Below are positions 38,001-47,600 of a DNA stretch of 64,000 nt, one piece after another; within the stretch, counting starts at the first letter, position 1, and every line of letters begins with the position of its first letter. Below the pieces are notes generated by a model that saw only the letters and a program-made list of their open reading frames with translations, was not told the DNA's origin and searched no databases. A program made the position numbers and the translations under genes. The DNA is from Tubiluchus corallicola (lineage: Eukaryota > Animalia > Priapulida), in assembly GCA_030141605.1 (NCBI GenBank), contig JAQGDQ010000574.1, forward strand, positions 1 through 64,000. Reading direction: 5' to 3'.

Positions 38001-41000
38001 TGTAGACAAACTGCTAGAACAATTAATGCAGCCATCGAAAACATGTTTAGACTCGCCCAAGCAACAAGTAGGCACATTATCAATTAATGTGGAGCAACTT
38101 GACGTTGTTTTCTGGGTTGTGATATCTGGAATCGGTGTAGCATTTTGTACGTTTATTAGCGAGTTTGCGTACAAAAAGTTTGTGTAAAAAGCACATTCTA
38201 TTATGTGTTATTATGGTTTTTGTTAGGCTGTTTCATTCAAATAATCAGGACTTTGATATGTTTCCAGCAGAAGTGAAAAGCATCTGGAAGAGTCAGATCA
38301 GATAAAAAATTTATCTTTCAAAAATCTGCCTTCCTCATATTCCTTAAAGGAAAACTGGACCCAATCTTAAACTGCCCTGTAAAATATTGAAAGGGAACAT
38401 ACTATTTTATCAAGAATGACTTGCAAGAAAGAATTTATACTGCAGAATGGTAATTTTGCTTCGCTCCACTAGTTTTTCGCTGTTAAATGCATTTCGTTAT
38501 TTGCTAATTAGATGACAGTAGCACTGCGTCTCACAAAATGCATTGCACAAAAAACAGGTGGTGTTCCTGTCACAGTTCAGAGCTGTTCAGTTGTGACACA
38601 GTGCACACGTTCACAAAAACTCATAAGTGAGCACAGCTGTAAATTAGAAATTTAAACTTAAAATTCACCGAGTTCTGGTAGACCACACTGAAGGCTGTAC
38701 AGTAGCACTGTATTTCAATTTTTGCTTTTGCAAACACATGCAACAGCTCGTGGAATAGTTGTGCTGTTGAAAATTATGTTCAGTTGTGATGTCATCACTA
38801 GTTGGGCTTGCCGGCCCTTATTTAAATTTTTAACATATTATTTAATTATCAAAAACACTTGGGTATTATTATAGGTGTTAGTGCGTAAACTTTTACCATA
38901 CTACAAAGTGGGGTAGGATGTGAAAAATCATCCTGTTTTCCTTTTAAAAAAGTAAAGTTTCCCATTTTCTGGTCGAATGACGTTTTTCGACATCATCAGG
39001 ATTAGTTGTACCAAAGAAAAGTAACTATACAGAAGTGCTAAATTTTGCTCTTCTTACACTAAAAGAACATGGCCTTGTGGACAAACTGCTAGAACAATTA
39101 ATGCGGCCATCAAAAACATGTTTAGACTCGCCTAAGCAACATGTAGGCACATTATCAATTAATGTGGAGCATCTTGACGTTGTTTTCTGGGTTTTGATGT
39201 CTGGCATCAGTGTTGCACTGTTTACAATTATTGTCGAAGTTGCTTACAAGAAACTTATGAGTTGTAGTGTTGTAAGTTGTAATGCTCGTTCAATGCAGGC
39301 ATAAAAATAAAGATTATTTGAATTACATGAATTTAAGTGACAAAATGTAGTTAAAAATCCACATGCATATGGTCTAAAAACATAGAATTGAATCATATAG
39401 TTAGGTTACCGCTTTAACTTATAGCTGTATCGTTATGGCTGCCTACATGTGCATTTTTTAATCGGCCAACGTACAAACATGAATATATAAATTTGTACCA
39501 GACATTCGTACGTTCAACAGTGTATTATAACTGCAGCTGACAAGTTTCGAATTTGAATTTCACATTAGGTATCGCATAGGTGTTATTTTAGTGGATTCAT
39601 TGTACATTTGCACGGTATCATTTCAAAACTTTGGATCCAAAATTGAACAATTTAAACTAATTTAATTTAAGCAAATTAGAAAATTGGTTAGACAAACTCT
39701 ATTTGATCATTAATCATAATATATTCAGTAGACGTGTTCTAGATCAATAGTAATTAGAAATTAGTGTAAGTATTTAAGAATAGTTTTTCCAAAGTTTTTT
39801 AACTGTTCGAAACTAAAAATATCACAGTGATGTAGTAATTGCATTATAAACTTCACTAGCTTTCTAATTACATCCAACTTATAGTTACATATTAACATTG
39901 TCAATTATGGTAGCCACATGTAGGAGGAAGACTAGAAAGCACTCGCTCCTCCTTATTCCGTACAACAACCTTCACAAATAATTATTGTACTGTGTCTACG
40001 CAGTTTTGATTGGTTGCAATAAGTTTGGCTACGATGGTAATTATTCAATGACTGGTCGTTGTTAAATAAATCTATTCCATTCTATTCCATACTCTATTGT
40101 TTGGCCGGGTTATGTTGTTTCGCTTTATGCTGACGTTTCACAGTTTGCAGTTTGCACCTTACGGTAAACTTTAGCAATAGTATATTTGTGCCTACACGGT
40201 TTCTGCTTCAGCCAGCACTTGTGTCGAACATAAATAGCCATATCTATTAACACCTCACATAGGCAATAACATTTTCAAAGGTGTACAGTTCGCAGAATTC
40301 TCCTATGCAACACGTTGTCAGGCTAGGTGTTGTTGTAACATTAATTCGATGGTAAATATTCGTACATTAATATTTTCTAACCGTCATTTTCTACTAATGT
40401 CTAATGTAATTTTGTAGTAAAACTTGTCAGCTTGTGTAGTTGTAGTCAATTGTTACTGTAAATGTTACTAATGTCTAAATGTTACTAATGTCTAATGTCT
40501 AATGTAATCCTGTAGTAAACCTTATCAGCTTGTGTAGTTATAGTCTATTCTTACTGTAAATGTTACTAATGTCTAATGTAATCTTGTAGTAAAACTTGTC
40601 AGCTTGTGTAGTTATAGTCAATTCTTACTGTAAATGTTACTTGTGTCTAATGTAATCCTGTAGTAAAACTTATCAGCTTGTGTAGTTATAGTCAATTCTT
40701 ACTGTAAATGTTACTTGTGTCTAATGTAATCTTGTAGTAAAACTTGTCAGCTTGTGTAGTTATAGTCAATTCTTACTGTACATGTTACTTGTGTCTAAAG
40801 TAATCTTGTAGTAAAACTTGTCAGCTTGTGTAGTTATAGTCTATTCTTACTGTAAATGTTACTAATGTCTAATGTAATCTTGTAGTAAAACTTGTCAGCT
40901 TGTGTAGTTATAGTCTATTCTTACTGTACATGTTACTTGTGTCTAAAGTAATCTTGTAGTAAAACTTGTCAGCTTGTGTAGTTATAGTCTATTCTTACTG

Positions 41001-44000
41001 TAAATGTTACTAATATCTAATGTAATCTTGTAGTAAAACTTGTCAGCTTGTGTAGTTATAGTCTATTCTTACTGTAAATGTTACTTGTGTCTAATGTAAT
41101 CTTGTAGTAAAACTTGTCAGCTTGTGTAGTTATAGTCTATTCTTACTGTAAATGTTACTTGTGTCTAATGTAATCTTGTAGTAAAACTTGTCAGCTTGTG
41201 TAGTTATAGTCAATTCTTACTGTAAATGTTACTTGTGTCTAATGTAATCTTGTAGTAAAACTTGTCAGCTTGTGTAGTTATAGTCAATTCTTACTGTACA
41301 TGTTACTTGTGTCTAATGTAATCTTGTAGTAAAACTTGTCAGCTTGTGTAGTTTTGTAAATAGTGTATAAGGTCTGTTGTGGTGAGGATCCTAAATCATG
41401 TTGTTCAAACTGTCTGATCCAATCCTATAATAAATTATGTTTAAACTAAACTACCTATGTGCCTGGAAGGTGGGAAGTTTCTTATCCGGAGCCGAATCCA
41501 ACAGTTCCTGCAGCACACCCGCGCAGTACTCCATCACCATGTACATCTTCTGTTTTTCTTCATTGTAAAGAACATCCACCAGACGTATGACGTTCTTGTG
41601 ATGAAGTTTTCGAAGAAATCTGATCTCCCTGTAAAAATGTAGAGAAATAAAGTTAATAAAGATAATTAGTAATGATAGGTTGATTCTTAGCTTTGTTACC
41701 ATCATAATCAAAAATTGCTCTGTAATTTTTTAATCACTCCATTATACATTCGCTTGCTTATGTCTAAGAATTATGCTTGTGTTATGAAGTATATTTCAGC
41801 TGCGATTGTTTTTATGTTTCCGTTGTCAGATTTTTATTTTTAGTTCTTGTTTGATTTTTTTTTACTATGCACTTATTATTACTGTGTATGAATTGTATTA
41901 ACACGTTATAAGCATATCAATTTAATGTCATTCGCAACAATTAAATCTTTACTATACGCAGTACTAACACTAATACACTGTAGCACAGCGCTTATAAAAA
42001 TGTTCTAAGACTAACCAAAGGACAGCTAACTAGATGACCAATTGGTCTTTCGCTGCCCTTTCTTCACATTTTTGTTTCCAAATTAATTGTATTATAACTG
42101 TGCGTGTGTTGCAAGATAAATAAAAAGATTATTGATTATTATTACACCAATTAACCATCACAAGATTCCAGGCTGTGCTGAAAACGCTTAACTTTATTAC
42201 GATGAATGGTTTATTTTTATTCTTCGAAAATATTTTAGCTGATTTTAACGATTTAATTGAATGTTGTCAACTTTCTAACTTTAATTAAAAAATTTGAATT
42301 TTTGTAAAAATAGGCGGGAGAGCAAAACTTGGACAATTGAATGCCCTGAATCCAACTGCTTTTGCATTTTTGACACAGACAAATACTGAATTGAGTTTAA
42401 TTTGTAGCAATTTTCCAAATGTATGTACTTTTACTTTAATTACTAAGATGTAAGTACCGTATTTTCCCATGTATAAGAGACGCTTGTGTATAAGAGACCC
42501 CTTCAATTTTTAGGCAAAAATTCTGGAAAAAAGTTTTTTGGTAATGAATAACTTTATTCATCATAGAAATCATTAAATTCCTCATCACTCTCATCAAAAA
42601 TATCAACTGGAGTCAGACCTTCAGCAATTCCAGCCAGTTCATCATCAGAGGAGTCACTCTGCTCAAAAATGGCATTGTCCTCTGTGCCGTCCATGGCATT
42701 GGAGATGCCACACTTCTTGAAAGATTTAATAATGACCTCTGGCTTTACACCATTCCATGCCTTGAGGACCCAGCTGCAGACTTAGTGTCACAATTTATGC
42801 ATCTCATTGAAAAGACTTACTCCCATGTATAAGAGGCCCCCTATTTTTAAAGTGAAAATTCTGAGCAAAAAAGGGTCTCTTATACATGGGAAAATACGGT
42901 AAATAAAATACCCGCACAATTACATTAAACACATACGTTAAGTCTAATACAAAAGACTTTAGATATACCTGTTTTATTGTGCCCAAGGTCATCCTCGCTA
43001 ATGAGCAAAGAAGCAACATAGCGATTGTCAGGGCTATGTGACTCCTGGCTAGTTAGACATTTTGCACAGAAAAATTACTATATAAATATAGATCTATGAA
43101 AGAATCCTAATTGAGTTATTTACATGGCGAGTTGGGTACGATGCCAGCTATATTAGACTTGAATGACGATTACATGGGTAATTGATTACGATTCAAATTT
43201 AACACTTCGTTTACATTCAATTTCCAGTTTGCAAACGGGGTAAATACACTTTAACTCGAGATATGCTAAATTGGCGTAGTTCTCGACAAACAGCACAACT
43301 ACCCGGCAACAAGAAAGTCATGAGTTCGATTCCTGAATTGATCTAATCATTATAACGTCTTCAAGCAACAATGATATTATACGTCCACTGCAATGGTAGA
43401 AATAAGCAAGTCAACCCATAAAAGTTCAATGCTTATACAATATTTTCATGAGATTTACGAGATTAATGTTAAACTTTATATTGAGTTTTAATTTTAAGTA
43501 CGAAATAATAATCATTTACTTTCTTTGGAACTTTATCTTTCTCGTGTTTTGATTTCAAACACAAAATTAAAGTGTATAATCAATGTGTTAAAAATTATTT
43601 GGTATGTGTCATCCACAACAGAAACTGAAGGGTGAAGACATTTGTCTGTTTGTGACAAACAGGTAAATTAGTGCTAAGCAGCAAATCTGTGCTATGCAAT
43701 CTTTTATTAACAGATTTCACTGTAATATACGTGTTTCTCAATTATGGTACTAATCAAACAAACCTCTGAACGTTTTCTTCCCCATTTGGAATTTTCCTAA
43801 GCCTCTTCTTTTTCATTATTTTCACAGCCCGCCGTTCCAATGTTTCAGTATCGAGCATCTCTTTTACTTTACCATATGAACCTTCTCCTAACAAGTCACC
43901 CATTAGATACTTTCCTATCATCTTTGCTCTTTTCTTTCGCGGCTCATAAATAATTTGATCAGAGTCCACGCGGTGAAAAAACATGTCCATTCCGTCGTCG

Positions 44001-44125
44001 TCTGTGCTTAACATTTCTACTGGGTTTACGTCGTCAAAATGCGAATGATACTGATAAATCTCACGATTTAAATACATTTCACTCTCCGCTGCATCTGTCT
44101 CGGCTTGATCAGGGGTATAAAACAT
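28864..44125 (-). CDS. STK11: Serine/threonine kinase STK11/LKB1, about 426 aa
   Basis: Exons 43764-44125, 41455-41628, 34727-34859, 32496-32632, 31263-31390, 30083-30140, 29293-29444, 28864-29000, all in phase. Motifs [79 protein letters not shown]-terminal CAAX (CTQS*). Start codon uncertain (44125 or 44077). Confidence 0.95.
29029..29096 (+). mobile_element. Truncated tRNA-like head of the same SINE family, followed by a CT microsatellite
   Basis: CCAGACGGTTTAGTGTAGTGGTAACGCG...GTACGAACCAGCG matches the 21436 head. Confidence 0.7.
29097..29250. repeat. (CT)n/(CCCT)n polypyrimidine microsatellite
   Basis: Direct inspection. Confidence 0.95.
30205..31238. repeat. 21-bp minisatellite filling most of an STK11 intron
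   Basis: Unit AGGTACAGAGGTACGAGTGTA/TATG grading into AGGTACAGATGTACGACTATA. Confidence 0.95.
31584..32118. repeat. (GA)n/(GGA)n polypurine tract
   Basis: About 530 bp almost purely A and G. Confidence 0.97.
32701..32957. repeat. About 130-bp direct duplication
   Basis: CACAGTCGCGCACAGGAGATGA...CCAGTCATTGA occurs twice. Confidence 0.8.
33582..34679. mobile_element. Tc1/pogo-like MITE (CAGTAAGTCCTCG family) with a duplicated right end enclosing a templated insertion
   Basis: TA|CAGTAAGTCCTCGATTAACG start; TTAAGCGAGGACTTACTG ends at 34289 and TTAAGCGAGGACATACTG|TA ends at 34679. Confidence 0.78.
35128..36208. repeat. Two about 280-bp direct repeats (35128-35410, 35925-36208) flanking a GC-richer repeat; inverted homologue near 54050-54430
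   Basis: GGTCCAC.GAGAGGAGTA...GCGGGGCCTTTGC occurs twice; GATAGCCCATTCAGCGATGGGTGTCATAGGCCTATTTAGAATT is the approximate reverse complement of 54345-54390. Element class unresolved. Confidence 0.65.
36805..38187 (+). CDS. Intronless variant ionotropic glutamate receptor (IR-type, no amino-terminal domain), nested antisense in STK11 intron 2
   Basis: ORF open from 36721; likely start 36805 with signal peptide ([15 protein letters not shown]); S1 TMLPER, M1 PFSTPVW, pore loop LQQG, M3 WWIF...[12 protein letters not shown]2 [22 protein letters not shown]4 VVFWVVISG...E. Confidence 0.9.
   Translation: MQRRPASFFKSWAIVFYFLGCFCIRGTLCQTEAHAGSFHSNEYNFYAFHGKNSSKHSYSLHGAKLRVGMWREDATKPFLDQLVMMLSEAANFTYKVTYMKNLIIVNNAIETGEFDLILALNTMLPERAKTMTFLHPIAYDSHVFITKRHQLQGFSITDPFSTPVWLFLVLYGIAVGLILYCIDYSEKLLYKEEVIRKCSNCQIKLEKPMAKKQSKAYFTRYTLSSYLQQGGTYLPQRLSARTLIGWWWIFACIITAMYTGTLVSKLFVSKQVYPFTTLQELIDSDIIPVTIGQHSSTMQMKERPEYRELWQRMKMDPNVPADNAETALELTSSGKYTFFARKIYAKLYLINDYELCGKCRFSTALPSIFSTSSGLVVPKKSNYTEVLNFALLTLKEHGLVDKLLEQLMQPSKTCLDSPKQQVGTLSINVEQLDVVFWVVISGIGVAFCTFISEFAYKKFV
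38348..38942. mobile_element. Kolobok-like MITE between the IR gene and its partial duplicate
   Basis: TTAA|AGGAAAAC...GTTTTCCT|TTTAA; related copies at about 9530-9990, 29640-30023 and 51247-51790. Confidence 0.6.
38984..39304 (+). pseudogene. 5'-truncated duplicate of the IR C-terminus (end of S2, M4, longer tail)
   Basis: [18 protein letters not shown]...VVFWVLMSG...[23 protein letters not shown]; about 6 substitutions versus 37909-38117, then much more diverged; in-frame TGA just upstream at 38978. Confidence 0.85.
40395..41355. repeat. 74-bp minisatellite, about 13 copies
   Basis: TGTCAGCTTG at 41041 and 41115. Confidence 0.93.
42457..42899 (-). mobile_element. Internally deleted pogo-family DNA transposon retaining the transposase C-terminus
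   Basis: 25-bp TIR CCGTATTTTCCCATGTATAAGAGAC with TA TSD; minus strand 42554-42781 reads [35 protein letters not shown]...acidic tail*. Confidence 0.88.
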
Positions 44126-44623
44126 GACAAAATTAGCAAATTTCAATAAAATTTACAACAAATTATCCGCCATGATCTAGACGTACCTCTCACCTCAGTT
44201 ACCAAAGTTTTTGTAAACAAAAAAATAATAATTTTTTTATTAAACATTTTTTGTACCTTTTTTGCTTTTTTTGTTATGCTGTGTTTTTATGACAGTACAC
44301 TATAGTAAGTTTATGTGTCTTAAATAATGGTAAAAATATACTTATTAAATTATTTCACGAGATTACGAGAATGATCGAGACAGAAACCCGCATACAGGCG
44401 TGAATGGGAAATGTGTCCTTTTTGTTTTGGCTTATTTTCAAGAATTTAAAAAAGAAGTTAATTGTATAGGTAAATGCATAATGCTCCCGTTATATGTAAC
44501 TATGGAGCATGTTGTAGGCGAACATAGAATAATCTATTAACGAACGTATAACTGAGAACATATAACTAACGTTTAAAATTTTGAAAGCCGGCAAAATGTA
44601 CGTTATTTTCTCTTTTTAGAAAG
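44126..44623. promoter_or_regulatory. Divergent promoter region of STK11 and the RBM4-like gene
   Basis: Start codons about 500 bp apart; YY1-like CCGCCAT at 44167-44173; probable 5' UTR intron 44470-44619 (G|GTAAAT...TTTTAG). Confidence 0.55.
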
Positions 44624-47600
44624 ATGCCGACCAAGATATTTGTGGGGAACTTGGCTGACACTGTCCATCGTGTAGATCTTCTTGCCGCGTTTGAAAAATA
44701 TGGAAAAGTTTTAGAATGTGATATAATTAAAGGATATGCATTTGTGGTAGGCCTGCGTATTTATTAATCACCATTATTTTTAGAAGTATATTGTGTGTTC
44801 TGTGCAGACATATCCTTAGATATGTATGGTTAATATTCATTTCTATTTCTGAGTGTAGCTTAAAACTTTTAATTAAGTTGGTTTTAGATTGCTGTTGACG
44901 AGTTAGAATAGCAATAATGAACTGTAAATATAATATTGCCTCGTAAAAAACGATTCCAGATAATTAATTTGTTTTTCCAGCCAAATTTTTGATTGCAAAC
45001 GATGTTAAGTGACCAATTTGTGAAAAATGGTCACCCCGATTTGTAAAAAATGCTGTTTAAGTTGTGGGTCTTACAAAATTAATTTTAGGCAGTTTTTTTT
45101 CTTTAAAATTTGTCTGACATACTGCAAGATGAGTTGCATCACTGAATTACAAACGCCACTGTGTGTACATTGTTGTGGTGCGGCTTAAAGCTAGCTGATT
45201 ATCAAGTTTTTGCGAAGGAGACACACTGCACTAGCTGAGATTCGGACATGTTACTCTTATACGTCGTCCTTTCAGAAAAAAATCAACCTTTACAGGTGTT
45301 GGTTTCTCGATCAGTATATCAGCTACTCAAACACATGCTATGGCTGTTCATTTATTTCCAATGCCATTAATTTCCATATTATAGTGATGGGGGATTTTGA
45401 AAATTTGCAATTCGATTATGATCTTGTTCTTGTAATTCCGAATCGCGATTGTTCTTTTGCTGCAGTTTTTTAGTGTTTTATCCATATTTATCAAAGATTG
45501 CAGGATTTCAAGCACTGAAACGCAAGTCTATAATCTTCTTCAAGGCTTTTGTCGCTTGTCTGCAATTTTCATATCCCCAAATTACTTTCATAGCAAGCAC
45601 AGTAGTACCCTACAAATATGTGTGTATCATTATGCATGTCACGTTGTGGATGCGCCCAGTCCAGGCAAAGAAACGGCAACAATCAGTATTGAACTGTGCC
45701 ATAGACCTGCAATTTATTAAAAGAACAGATCACAGAAAGTGCTTAAGAACGTGCTAAAGGTTATTACTATTTACACAAAATAAAAAATTAGATTTGAGAA
45801 GACTGAAACACAAATTATTACTTTATGATTCTAGAGATATCGGCAACAGAAAATCTAACTACGTGTAAGAACAACTGTGTTTGATAGGTGGCGTATGCTA
45901 CTAAAGCTTAGGTCACACGACTAAGGCTGGCTTAGTTTTAAACAGTTTCAGGAAATGCATGTTTGTAAAAATGCGAAAAAAAATTTATAGAATGCTAGAT
46001 TAAATTGTTTGACACCAACATACTTGAAAATGAATTTGAAGACCCCAGTTTGCATCAGTGTAGTTTGCAATTGTGTGCATGGCATAAGGTGAGAAAAACA
46101 AAGAAGAAATGCAAAGATGTCGTGTGTGTGTGTGTAACATATATTTTGCTCTCGATTAATTGAATTACTGTTCAATTGCCGATTGTATCAATTTATACAC
46201 GATCGTAATCTCGATTAATCTATAATCAGCTATCAATACCGCATTAATGGGTCAGTCAAATTGTATTGAATGTTGACTTATACGTTTTACAGCACATGGA
46301 GAGTGCAGAAGATGCCAAGTCTGCCATTGAAAATTTAAACAACTCACCACTTATGGGCAAGACTATGCATGTGGAGGTGAGATCCCTTTAATCTTCCTAC
46401 TGAAAGTTTGTATGAAGAACAAGTAAGCGATTTACATGGCTTTTGCTCTCTGCAAACTAGGGCTGATGCGGTGAACCGTTTCAACGTTTGACCGACCGCT
46501 ATCTGGTGTAAGCGTTTAGAAAATCATTAACTGTTACTTAGCCAAGTTTTCTACGTAGCCATATTCATGAAACCTTTGTATATTTTCTGAGTTGGTATAG
46601 GCGTACGCAGTTAGCAATGTACTATTTACAACATTGTTTCCATTAATCTGGTTGCCTAAGAAGCATCTAAACGGTAGATTGTAAAAAGTTTTTCACTCGC
46701 GTATGTTACGAGGATGCCAGCCATGTTGGACATTCTCGCTGGCGCATGCTAGATTTGAACCACACTGCTTAGTCATGCAAAGAATGAATGAATGTATGTG
46801 TGACATCATAGGGAAGAGTTAAACAGTTAACTGACCACAATTAATAACGCTTAAACGGTTAGTTAAAAACCTAGTTTTCTCAGCCCTATTGCGAACGAGT
46901 TCTGGTTTCACCATCGACTTACATCACTCAGCTCAGAACTCTGCAGTAAGCAATGTCCTCAACATTACCCAATGATGCAAGGTAATGTAATCTTTATTAT
47001 GAATAAATAAAGAAGTATTGATCAAAATTTAAAATGTTTAAATATTCTGTCTTACTTCGTCTAACATCTGCAGTAAGTCCTCACTTATTGACGCAAATGT
47101 GTTCCAGCAAAATGCGATGTTAAGCGAAACATCATTAAATGAAACAAAAACTTCCTTAGAAAGTAAGGTAAAAGAATTGAGATACGTTCCAGAACCAAAA
47201 ATCAATGCTGCTCAAATCATAAATTAAACGTTTTATGAGTTTTATTCATATTTCTACTTATTAATTTCTTTCTGTTTGCCTGAAGCCGCCGTTACCAATA
47301 TCTAGCTAGAATTGCTAGCAATTTCTCTCTCCGTTTAAACACTGCTTAGTGAAGGCCAAGTTCTGCATAGAGGTAACTCAAGTCAATTTCGTGTAGAACT
47401 GATGTGGTTGTTATAGCAACAAGGTTGGAAGCAAAATTCCTTGGCATAAAATTTAAACTCAGGTGTCACTTGATACAAACACCTAGAATTTAGTATGTAG
47501 TCAGTCGGGAAGCAAAAAACATTATAATAATCGCATTGTTTAGGTTTCTAACGCATTTTAGAACAGAATAACGCAATATATACCATTTCAATGCTTTAAA

